Position numbers and translations under genes: made by a program. Below, in pieces: positions 19,034 to 27,015 of a stretch of DNA of 47,731 nt. The stretch's first letter is position 1. Every line of letters starts with the position of its first letter. The stretch lies in sequence record PZ445407.1. One strand, 5' to 3'. The DNA comes from a phage. The notes beneath the pieces were generated by a model that saw only the letters and a list, made by a program, of their open reading frames with translations, was not told the DNA's origin and did no database searches.

Positions 19034-19704
19034 TGGCAGATTACGGAGCTATAATTGATGTGAATGGAAACCCATTTATCACACCTGCATCAACTCCATT
19101 TTGTCTATATGGAAAATATACCTACCAATCATCTGGCAACAGTGCTGCTCACAGCGTTACTCAATACATACCGATTGATTCAAGCTATCCGGTTTGCGCA
19201 TTCTTGAAAACCAGCAATACTGAGCAAGGTACGGCGGTGATAGCATATGCAATACGTAGCGGCGCGAATGCTGGAACTCTGTACGTGAATGGAACGAACT
19301 ATTCAGGCCAATCATTCACTCTAACCGTTTATGTTTTCGCTATATTCCCGCAAACCCTTCCGGCTTGGGGTATGGCGATATGGGATGCTAACGGGAAATT
19401 GGTTCTTACGAACGAAAGCAGGGTTCTTAGCGACCTGGAGACAGTACCAGGCTCAGGTTACACACTTGATTATACATATAATGGTAGTTACGCCGTTTCC
19501 CCGAGGGCGCTTGGTGCGGTTAACGTTTATCAGGTGCAGAACGGACAGCAGATTATAAGGAGCGCAACGGCTGGTGTTTCTTGCAGATTTGATGGTTCAC
19601 GAACAAGAATAAATGCGGTCCCTCTTATTAATGGAAGCGCCGCGAGTGGGGGTACTTCAAACGGTGGGCTTGTAACGGCGATCAATACAGCGGCATACGA
19701 TTAA
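19033..19704 (+). CDS. hypothetical tail-associated protein
   Basis: N-terminus MADYGAIIDVNGN similar to upstream gene; terminator follows. Confidence 0.4.
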   Translation: MADYGAIIDVNGNPFITPASTPFCLYGKYTYQSSGNSAAHSVTQYIPIDSSYPVCAFLKTSNTEQGTAVIAYAIRSGANAGTLYVNGTNYSGQSFTLTVYVFAIFPQTLPAWGMAIWDANGKLVLTNESRVLSDLETVPGSGYTLDYTYNGSYAVSPRALGAVNVYQVQNGQQIIRSATAGVSCRFDGSRTRINAVPLINGSAASGGTSNGGLVTAINTAAYD

Positions 19705-19727
19705 GCCCCTTTCGGGGCTTTTCTTTT
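19704..19727. terminator. bidirectional terminator between convergent genes
   Basis: agcccc-tttc-ggggct with T-run; same hairpin as 22964. Confidence 0.55.
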
Positions 19728-19947
19728 ACATTGAGCAATCGTGAGACTTAAAGTTATTCTCTGATACGTAGTGGAACGAGAATGGGTATCCAGCACGCAA
19801 TATCATCTCCTCACCGCGCATCTGAGAGCCAAAAACATAAACCGAGTACTCTGCTCCACCTGATTCATAAATCGCAGTACATGTGCGCTCTGGCATCGTA
19901 GAGCAACCACTCAGGAGTAATGCCGCAATAGTAATGATCTTCTTCAT
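19726..19947 (-). CDS. outer-membrane lipoprotein, Cor-like superinfection-exclusion candidate
   Basis: Signal peptide with lipobox LLSGC; small size; minus-strand island after tail genes. Confidence 0.5.
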   Translation of the reverse strand: MKKIITIAALLLSGCSTMPERTCTAIYESGGAEYSVYVFGSQMRGEEMILRAGYPFSFHYVSENNFKSHDCSM

Positions 19948-19957
19948 ATTTCTCACC

Positions 19958-20062
19958 TTAGAAACCGTTAAAATTAGAAGCCAGCATCAGAACCCAAACC
20001 AAGAAACCAGTTACAGCAGTGCCGGCGACCAGGGAGATTGAGTTGTTGATTAAGTTAGTCAT
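19958..20062 (-). CDS. small hydrophobic peptide (34 aa, MTNLINNSISLVAGTAVTGFLVWVLMLASNFNGF)
   Basis: Hand-translated; RBS gagggg; sits between palindrome promoter and Cor-like gene. Confidence 0.3.
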   Translation of the reverse strand: MTNLINNSISLVAGTAVTGFLVWVLMLASNFNGF

Positions 20063-20101
20063 TTTGTACCCCTCATTAAGTTGTTTCGTTTCGATGGAGT
20101 A

Positions 20102-20144
20102 ATAGTATCGCATCCTTGCGAGCAGTGTTTAGCAATTCGTGCTA
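20102..20144 (-). promoter_or_regulatory. palindrome-type promoter on minus strand for small peptide and Cor-like operon
   Basis: Reverse complement reads TAGCA cgaat TGCTA + 22 bp + TACTAT + leader TACTCCATCGAAACGAAAC. Confidence 0.5.
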
Positions 20145-20200
20145 TTGCATACACGTAACCGTTGTAACTCGATGTATACAATCTCATCCGCGAAAAATGA

Positions 20201-20300
20201 TATACGCCCTGTTACGCCAATTTACGCATTAGTTACATTAAAATATCTATATATATCAACCTTTTACTCTTATTATTATTATTATATATATTACTGTGTA
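20201..20300. repeat. iteron/AT-rich repeat element copy A (TTACGC-like repeats, ATATCTATATATATCAACCTTTTA core, (TTA)5 microsatellite)
   Basis: ~80-85% identical by eye to copy B; in divergent intergenic region. Confidence 0.6.
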
Positions 20301-20526
20301 TATCATGTAACTACTTCTATAGAGCGTTCCGGTTATAATTTTAATATCATGTGGATTTATACAGTATTGCGCGGTAGCTATAACAATGCACCATCAGCGA
20401 TAAACGGTATACACGATATACACACTAGTTACATTGAGCTATAGCTGGGCTGAGGTGCTAAAAGCCGTAACCAATGGCAATGCCTACACGCAATTACAAA
20501 GATTCACGCGTAAGTTTGAATCAACG

Positions 20527-20570
20527 ATTGGCAAAACCAATTGGACTGGCTACGGTGCCGAATATATAGT
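20527..20570 (+). promoter_or_regulatory. promoter with variant palindrome ATTGG-N5-CCAAT, 23 bp, -10 TATAGT
   Basis: Same geometry and leader as family but different half-site. Confidence 0.4.
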
Positions 20571-20607
20571 TAAATCATCGAAAGCAATCAACCAGAGAGA
20601 TACAGAA

Positions 20608-20802
20608 ATGACCTACTACATTATCAAAGAGAAAAACAACGCACTTTTCGGCGATTGCTATTTTGGTGGCCCTGCTGGATACACCACAAATAAGAGCGAA
20701 GCTGACCGATTCGAGACCAAAGAAGAAGCCCGAGATGTGCTGACCGGGTACTTCACTGAAGAAGATTTGAAGTCTGTTAAAGTGGTTAAGATCAAGGGGT
20801 GA
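20608..20802 (+). CDS. hypothetical protein (64 aa; track ORF 20434..20802 probably over-extended)
   Basis: ATG 20608 sits behind a promoter/leader of the conserved type located inside the track ORF. Confidence 0.35.
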   Translation: MTYYIIKEKNNALFGDCYFGGPAGYTTNKSEADRFETKEEARDVLTGYFTEEDLKSVKVVKIKG

Positions 20803-20805
20803 GTT

Positions 20806-21771
20806 ATGAGCTTTAAGGTTTTTACGCGAGAGGAGCTAAGTAACGAGGCCTATCACGCTGAGACTGAACACATCTCCGGTAGCTCGCTTGTTGAGATTAT
20901 CCAGGGCTCACCAGCTAAGTGGAAGTTCAAGCAACGAAATAATGATAGCAAGGCGCTTAAGTTTGGAACCTTAAGCCACACTATGATTTTGGAACAAGAT
21001 GTATTCGATAAAGAATACCTTCGCGCAACAGACCTTGATGCAATCGAGGGATTAATTACAAGCCAGGCTGGATTGTCGGCAGCGCTTAAAAAAGTTGGTG
21101 TAGCTGGAGCGTCTGGGAAAGGATATGTCGAACTCATAGAGATGATGTATCGATCTGGTGAGGATTGGCCTGTTAAGTGGCTAATTGAGCAGCAGGAGAG
21201 CGCACAGGCGCTTGTGGAGGGTAAGGAGCTTGTTAGCGCAGCGGACTACGATAAAGTTATGGCAATGCGTGAAGTTCTTTGCAATATTCCTGCTTACGAT
21301 AAGATTGTTAACAGTGAAACGGCGCAGAAAGAGTTATCAATATTTGGTGAGATTCTCGGGGTTGGCGTGAAGATTCGAATTGACCATGTTGACGTTGTTG
21401 ATGGCGTAGTTCGCATCACAGATTACAAAACGACAGCAGACGCAAGCCCTGAAGGATTTGGTAAGTCGGCATTCTCACACGGATACCTTGCAAAAATGAC
21501 CCTTCAGAGAGATCTGTTTGTGAAGGCGTTTAACGAGAAGCGCAAGGTTGTCGTGGGATTGCTAGCGCAGGAGAAGGTAGAGCCATATCTCCCAATGCTT
21601 TACACCTTAACGGATGAGCAACTTCGAATCGGCCGCTTGCAGTACCTTGAGGCGCTAGCCACTTATAAGAAGTGCAAGGAGCTTGATATTTGGCCTGGCT
21701 ACTCGAATGGCATTACAGAGCAAGAGCTATTGGTTCCTGAGTGGGCTCTAAAACAATACAAAGAAATCTAA
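20806..21771 (+). CDS. PD-(D/E)XK 5'-3' exonuclease (YqaJ/RecE-like recombination exonuclease)
   Basis: D...D/E...K arrangement (IDHVD..ITDYKT); adjacent to Erf-like gene. Confidence 0.6.
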   Translation: MSFKVFTREELSNEAYHAETEHISGSSLVEIIQGSPAKWKFKQRNNDSKALKFGTLSHTMILEQDVFDKEYLRATDLDAIEGLITSQAGLSAALKKVGVAGASGKGYVELIEMMYRSGEDWPVKWLIEQQESAQALVEGKELVSAADYDKVMAMREVLCNIPAYDKIVNSETAQKELSIFGEILGVGVKIRIDHVDVVDGVVRITDYKTTADASPEGFGKSAFSHGYLAKMTLQRDLFVKAFNEKRKVVVGLLAQEKVEPYLPMLYTLTDEQLRIGRLQYLEALATYKKCKELDIWPGYSNGITEQELLVPEWALKQYKEI

Positions 21772-21772
21772 A

Positions 21773-21815
21773 CAGCACAAATTGCTAAAGACAAAATTAA
21801 AAGGTGGGGTATGAT
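21773..21815 (+). promoter_or_regulatory. palindrome-type promoter (CAGCA-N5-TGCTA, 22 bp, TATGAT) for erf
   Basis: Direct read; leader TACCCCATCAAAAACGAACGAGG. Confidence 0.5.
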
Positions 21816-21844
21816 TACCCCATCAAAAACGAACGAGGTTAAAG

Positions 21845-22495
21845 ATGCAAATTTCAGAATCATGCAAGTCAATTCTAAACGCACTGCACACTGCTAAATC
21901 GCTATTTGCGAAGGCTGAAAAGTCTAAGCAGAACTCGCACCTAAAAAACAAGTACGCAACCCTTGAAGACGTACTAGCGGCTGTTGAGCCTGGTTTAGAT
22001 GAGTGCGGTCTTGTTATGTTCCAGAGCGTTCTTGATGATGAGCAAACGAATCGCATGAAGGTTGAGACAAAGCTGTTCCATGCTGAGTCAGGGGAGTGGG
22101 TTAGCTTCTTAATGATAGTCCCAATTAGCAAGAATGATGCTCAGGGTTATGGCTCCGCATTAACATACGCTCGACGTTACGGAATCACAGCGGCATTGGG
22201 ACTTAGTCAAGCAGATGATGATGGCAATCTCGCAGCGAAAGGTGTTAAGGATTTCAAACGGGAACTTGAGAAGTGCAACACATTAGATGAGCTTCGTAAT
22301 GTCTGGAAGGATGCCAAGCAGTCACTTGACGCGGCAGGATGGAAGGTCTTTGAGCCTCATATTATTGAGCGCAAGGCAGAGATTGAAGCAAATGCAGCAA
22401 CTGGCTTCAATCCAGCAACACCAAAGAAAGTTGCAGAAAAAAGTAGTATTGATGAAAAGCCTGAAGCAGAATCACAACAAATCGACACATTCTAA
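21845..22495 (+). CDS. erf: Erf-family single-strand annealing protein
   Basis: Motif GSALTYARRYGI characteristic of ERF family; next to exonuclease. Confidence 0.6.
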   Translation: MQISESCKSILNALHTAKSLFAKAEKSKQNSHLKNKYATLEDVLAAVEPGLDECGLVMFQSVLDDEQTNRMKVETKLFHAESGEWVSFLMIVPISKNDAQGYGSALTYARRYGITAALGLSQADDDGNLAAKGVKDFKRELEKCNTLDELRNVWKDAKQSLDAAGWKVFEPHIIERKAEIEANAATGFNPATPKKVAEKSSIDEKPEAESQQIDTF

Positions 22496-22537
22496 ATTTA
22501 ACGGGGCTGCGGCCCCAACAAGCAGAGAGATAAAAAC

Positions 22538-22957
22538 ATGCACGTAATTACTGGTCAGATTCGCCGCGCTCCATTCACCAAAGAAGGACAGAACGCCAAT
22601 GGTAGCTGGAAAATGTTTGCGGTTGATTTGAGTGAGCGATACAAGGATAAGGATGGTAATAATCATTACACCAACTATCGCGCAGTTTTCTTCGCTAAAG
22701 AGTCAATGTTAGATTGGTATAATGAAGCATTTCAAGAGGGTAAAATTGTTAGCGTTAGCGCTGAAAGCCTGGCTGTTGATGTTCGGGATAAAGATGGCAA
22801 GACTTACGTAACGGTCAATATGAACAACCCTAGACTTGAGTTTAGCCAACGTGGTGATTCAGCACCACAACAGAAGGCGCAAAAGCAACCACAGCAACAG
22901 CAGAATCAACAGCAACCGCAACAGCAACAACAGTTTAATGAAGACATTCCATTCTAA
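22538..22957 (+). CDS. SSB-like single-stranded DNA-binding protein (putative)
   Basis: Gln/Pro-rich linker and C-terminal DIPF tip like bacterial SSB acidic tails. Confidence 0.45.
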   Translation: MHVITGQIRRAPFTKEGQNANGSWKMFAVDLSERYKDKDGNNHYTNYRAVFFAKESMLDWYNEAFQEGKIVSVSAESLAVDVRDKDGKTYVTVNMNNPRLEFSQRGDSAPQQKAQKQPQQQQNQQQPQQQQQFNEDIPF

Positions 22958-22963
22958 ATATAA

Positions 22964-22990
22964 AGCCCCTTTCGGGGCTTTTTTTATTTT
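22964..22990. terminator. bidirectional terminator between SSB-like gene and convergent tail fiber
   Basis: agcccc-tttc-ggggct + TTTTTTT. Confidence 0.6.
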
Positions 22991-25098
22991 GCAATCCAGG
23001 TGCCTGGCGTTCCTGATGATGTGCAAATCCACTTTTCAATAAATGATGTTCCGCTTGGGTTTATGTTGTAAACAATATCACCAGCAACCCAGGTTAATGT
23101 TGTCGGAGCCGCTCCACCATAAGCTGTCGCCCTTGATTTGTTGTCAGTTCTGGTTAAAGATCCAAGTATGCTTGGGTTTGTTGCTGTATCGAATCTATTT
23201 CCATAGAAAGTTAAATATGGAAGCCCATCACCATACATCCTAACTGATGTGTCCGTAGTATTGGCTGATTCATTTCCAATTATAACCATACCTTGTGAAT
23301 TCCATGTTATATTTCTATAAAAACCATCAAAATAACAATTAATTATTGAGTTTTTTGATGTGTTTGCATCTATAGCAACATCCGTAGTTGATTCCCCTCC
23401 ATGAGTGAATCTACAGCCTTTGTATCTTACATTTACACCTCCAAAACCAACTTTTGAACACTCAGCTACAATGTCTGATATCTCAACTCCACCACCTCCA
23501 GAGAAAGAGAAAAGCTGCCCAACATTTGTCGCAGATGAAGAGCTAAATGAGCAGTTGGTCGCGTTATAAAAAGAAACGCATGGAGTTGCGAGCCTATTTC
23601 CAATCTGCTTAAGAACAAAGTTAGAGCAAACTATGTTAGACCCCTGTATTGAAACCATTGCGCTATTGGGTTGCGAGTTCCTGTAAATTGATGTGTTTGA
23701 TAAGTTAATGCTATTTAATCCACCCTCCTCGTTGTAAACATAAACGTCTATTTTTTGGTTGTTTGAAGACTGAACTCCAGATATCAATATTGATGATGAA
23801 CTGGATACATCATCATTCTGCGAGTAAACCCTTAATCCATACTCTGTATTGTTGTTTGTCGTGACATTGGAAACAATTGACCCAACACATCGCCACAACA
23901 AAATACCCCTACCAAGATTGTTAGCTGGAGCAACACCAGTGTTACCATTGTAGTTAAACTTTCCTGATAGTATTGAGTTATTGAAACCATCACGATCTTG
24001 AATTCCGCAAACTAGATTATTAAAAGACCTTGCTTTATCAATGATCATGTTGCGACATGATACCATCCTTAATCCATCTTGTGATCCCTTAGTTATGATG
24101 CAACCATCAACAAGTCCATACTCGCAGTTTTCCAATAGAATCATGTGTCCGTTGCCTGACGTGTTATCAAGACCTGTCCCAACAAATCTACCTCCAATTA
24201 TAGAGAAGTTGTTTGCGTAGCTAGCTCTCCATGCCGCAGTAACCAATTCACTTGTTAGCTGAATAGTTGAAGTGCCAAGCACTATATAATGCCCTGATCT
24301 GATCGTAACCTGCTTGCTTTGAATGTAGGTTCCAGCCGGAAAATAAACATTTAGAGAGGAGTTAAGCGCTGAGATAATGGCGTCAGAATCATCAGTAACA
24401 CCATCACCCTTTGCGCCAAAGTCCTTAACACTAACGAATCCCCTTGATGATATTTCACCCTTTGAGTAAACATCAAGGTTCTGCCTTGCTAGTGGCTTGT
24501 CTGTTAAGTCTGAGAGCGCCAAATCTTTTCTTAGTAGGTTCTGCGTGTCAAGTGACGCCGCATAATCTGCCGCCTCCTGCGCTGAAGTTGCTGCCGCGTC
24601 TTTGGCTGATAGTGCGCTGGTTGCACTTGCTGCCGCTGCATTCTTATCGGTGGTCACTTGGGCGGCATCATTTGCAACCTGTGCCCCAATAGAAACAACA
24701 TCACCATGCTGCGCGTCTACCTGAGCTACCTTTGATTCAAAATCCGCAGAGTCAAAGTTATTGAAAGCATCAACAGCATCTGCAATCTCAGTTTCACGTG
24801 ACTGATAGTAACGCAATGTTTCGGCAACATCCTGAGCTAAACCCTGAACGGTAATCCCATCATGAGCAAGGATCGCGTAACCAGTCCCAGCAGGAACAGT
24901 TTCAGAATTAGGATTATAAACATTAATCTGCGTATCGCTGATAATTTCTGAGATGGTGTAAATTTGTACTGGTTCAGTTTTAAATACAATTGTGGCGCCT
25001 GCCCTGATAAGAGTAAGAGGCGCCTTCCATGTCGTTCCTACGCCAGTCACCTCGCCATTTTCTACTAGTGACGCTGTTCCTAAGTCATAAATTGCCAT
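22984..25098 (-). CDS. tail fiber / tailspike with pectate-lyase-like beta-helix domain
   Basis: Motif VKDFGAKGDGVTDDSDAI followed by Asn/Ser/Gly-rich beta-helix-like repeats; Ala-rich coiled-coil N-terminal part. Confidence 0.65.
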   Translation of the reverse strand: MAIYDLGTASLVENGEVTGVGTTWKAPLTLIRAGATIVFKTEPVQIYTISEIISDTQINVYNPNSETVPAGTGYAILAHDGITVQGLAQDVAETLRYYQSRETEIADAVDAFNNFDSADFESKVAQVDAQHGDVVSIGAQVANDAAQVTTDKNAAAASATSALSAKDAAATSAQEAADYAASLDTQNLLRKDLALSDLTDKPLARQNLDVYSKGEISSRGFVSVKDFGAKGDGVTDDSDAIISALNSSLNVYFPAGTYIQSKQVTIRSGHYIVLGTSTIQLTSELVTAAWRASYANNFSIIGGRFVGTGLDNTSGNGHMILLENCEYGLVDGCIITKGSQDGLRMVSCRNMIIDKARSFNNLVCGIQDRDGFNNSILSGKFNYNGNTGVAPANNLGRGILLWRCVGSIVSNVTTNNNTEYGLRVYSQNDDVSSSSSILISGVQSSNNQKIDVYVYNEEGGLNSINLSNTSIYRNSQPNSAMVSIQGSNIVCSNFVLKQIGNRLATPCVSFYNATNCSFSSSSATNVGQLFSFSGGGGVEISDIVAECSKVGFGGVNVRYKGCRFTHGGESTTDVAIDANTSKNSIINCYFDGFYRNITWNSQGMVIIGNESANTTDTSVRMYGDGLPYLTFYGNRFDTATNPSILGSLTRTDNKSRATAYGGAAPTTLTWVAGDIVYNINPSGTSFIEKWICTSSGTPGTWIAK

Positions 25099-25120
25099 TG
25101 TAAAGTCTCCATTTGTAAAA

Positions 25121-25135
25121 TAGCACAGATTGCTA
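25121..25135 (-). promoter_or_regulatory. palindrome TAGCA cagat TGCTA only ~22 nt upstream of tail fiber start codon (operator-like position)
   Basis: Perfect palindrome but no room for the usual spacer, -10 and leader. Confidence 0.4.
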
Positions 25136-25162
25136 AGTTGGATTGTAGCAGCTTTCAGACAT

Positions 25163-25185
25163 AAAAAAACCTCCCGTGGGAGGTT
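25163..25185 (-). terminator. minus-strand terminator between primase and tail fiber
   Basis: hairpin cctccc-gtg-ggagg with A-run on plus strand. Confidence 0.5.
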
Positions 25186-26107
25186 AGTCTAATAACTCGC
25201 TTGCTTTGTATATTCGCTTTCTTATGCCTGACTTGAAAAAATTATCATCATTTGGTAATACCACATCAAGATTGCGATCGTCAGCAACAGCAAGTAATTC
25301 AAAATTATGGCGAGTACAAGCGATGCGTAACTTGTGGTTTCTAAGCGCGTAAGCAACCATTTCCATATTATAACTGGAGTGACAAACAAGTACGCAGCGG
25401 TTGCCAGTACCAAGATGAACGTGAACACCATCAATCCAATTGTCGACAAGATAAGCGTACTCATCATCTTTAAGAGAGCCAATAACAGCAACTGACTGGC
25501 GAGTGTAATCTTTTGCAGCATAACTAACATCTCCCTCTTCATTGATAAACATTACATTGCACATTTCCTCTGATATACCGTCACTATAAGCCATAAAGCA
25601 CGGTATTGCGTGTATTAGTTCGCCTGATTTTGCTCTACCAACATCAAATCCAAACTCGCTATAGATTCCCTCGTATGTACTGAGTGGGGTTGATTCTACT
25701 CTTTTGGTCCTTCCCATTATCTCCAGGCATCTTTCGTGGTCAATCTGAGCGCCCATCTTGTATGGTGATGTTCTTGATGCTTGCTTGTTTGCTTTGTTAA
25801 CCACCTCGACGGGGATTAGGTTTAACCACTCACCTAGAGCATCGATACATTCGCTGAACGACTCCCCTCGCAGTTTCTGGACCCAAAGAATTCCATCACC
25901 TGAGCCGCATTGGTTGCAAATAATACCACCATCACCAGGCTCGCTAACTTTGTCGGTCCATCTTGCGCGATCGTTTCCGCCGCAATAAATGCATGGTTGA
26001 TGCTTCTTGGTCTGGAAGAACTTTGGGTCAGCGCCGCAGATATTAATAAGTGCCTTATCCCACAGGCCGCGCATTCTTGGTAGAACCTCTTTCTTATCGT
26101 AGTGCAT
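25184..26107 (-). CDS. DNA primase (zinc-binding, putative)
   Basis: N-terminal Cys4 cluster (CIYCGG...CNQCG); replication region. Confidence 0.55.
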   Translation of the reverse strand: MHYDKKEVLPRMRGLWDKALINICGADPKFFQTKKHQPCIYCGGNDRARWTDKVSEPGDGGIICNQCGSGDGILWVQKLRGESFSECIDALGEWLNLIPVEVVNKANKQASRTSPYKMGAQIDHERCLEIMGRTKRVESTPLSTYEGIYSEFGFDVGRAKSGELIHAIPCFMAYSDGISEEMCNVMFINEEGDVSYAAKDYTRQSVAVIGSLKDDEYAYLVDNWIDGVHVHLGTGNRCVLVCHSSYNMEMVAYALRNHKLRIACTRHNFELLAVADDRNLDVVLPNDDNFFKSGIRKRIYKASELLD

Positions 26108-26190
26108 ATCAATCTATCTCTTAACAAATAAAAAAAGGATGTACCGATTATGGCACATCCCATTACTTACTCTTTAACTTTTCGTGCTAC

Positions 26191-26379
26191 TTAAATTACA
26201 AAGTGATGAGTCATTCTTAGAGACAAAAAAGACTCAAGATACCCCTCAATTACTTCCTTTTTACCAGTTTTTTTGTTGTAGGCGTATGGAATTCCTCTGC
26301 TGTTATCAACTTTACCAACAAATTTGTCGCCATCAACGTTAAAGATTGCTACGAATTTACATTTAGGGAATTTGTTCAT
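26191..26379 (-). CDS. hypothetical protein
   Basis: ORF track; in minus operon. Confidence 0.3.
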   Translation of the reverse strand: MNKFPKCKFVAIFNVDGDKFVGKVDNSRGIPYAYNKKTGKKEVIEGYLESFLSLRMTHHFVI

Positions 26380-26428
26380 TTTGTATATCCTTGTTTAGTT
26401 TATCTGCTTTCGATGTGTTAACTATACC

Positions 26429-26914
26429 TCATCCATGAGATATGTCTTTAGCTTTTCGTGCTGCTTCGTTAGCAGCCTTAATTTTACGCCATGATCGACA
26501 TTCTGGTTTGGTTGCTAACTCGGATTCAGTAACCACACGCAGCATGTGACGCTTTTTGCAACGCAGCGTAAGAGGCTTTCCATTGCCGTCGAATTGCAGA
26601 TCTGGTCGGCAGAATGTAGCGCGAAAACCTTCTCCGGTTCGTTTGTAGTAGTTGTGAGATAGCTGAGCGCCACGTGCAGAGATCATGCCACGCTTAAACC
26701 ACTCTTCTACAGCCTGCGGCGTCACCTTTAACTGCTTTGCGATATTCGCCTTTGTGCCGAAGAAATCAAGGAGCATCTCAAGCCGCGCGCGTAGCCCAGC
26801 CCTTACCTCATCTTTCAAAACGTAGTAACCTGAAGGTCGTTTCCGCTGCTTTTTATCTTCAGTGCGGATGGTTCCGTTATTGCCGTTAGTGGTTCGCTTA
26901 TCAACTGCATTCAT
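26429..26914 (-). CDS. putative HTH DNA-binding regulator
   Basis: Segment IAKQLKVTPQAVEEWFKRGMIS resembles a helix-turn-helix; highly basic protein; divergent from helicase promoter. Confidence 0.45.
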   Translation of the reverse strand: MNAVDKRTTNGNNGTIRTEDKKQRKRPSGYYVLKDEVRAGLRARLEMLLDFFGTKANIAKQLKVTPQAVEEWFKRGMISARGAQLSHNYYKRTGEGFRATFCRPDLQFDGNGKPLTLRCKKRHMLRVVTESELATKPECRSWRKIKAANEAARKAKDISHG

Positions 26915-26926
26915 TTTATTACCTCA

Positions 26927-26968
26927 ATAGCATTTTTTGTTAAAAGTCATTCTGATTTGATGGTAGTA
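26927..26968 (+). promoter_or_regulatory. palindrome-type promoter for helicase (TAGCA-N5-TGTTA, ~21 bp, TAGTAT)
   Basis: Direct read; palindrome lies 13 bp from start codon of divergent HTH gene. Confidence 0.45.
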
Positions 26969-26971
26969 TTG

Positions 26972-27001
26972 TACTCAATTAAACGCTACAAGACAATTTT
27001 T
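26972..27001 (-). promoter_or_regulatory. sigma70-like promoter on minus strand (-35 TTGTCT, 17 bp, -10 TACAAT) for HTH/primase/tail fiber operon
   Basis: Read from reverse complement of divergent intergenic region; coordinates approximate. Confidence 0.35.
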
Positions 27002-27015
27002 ATAGGAATTTAGAT

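Noticed and set aside
20139-20444. ORF of 101 aa with YYYYYIYY run
   Set aside because: Lies entirely in the AT-rich iteron and (TTA)n microsatellite region; low-complexity translation, no RBS; treated as non-coding.
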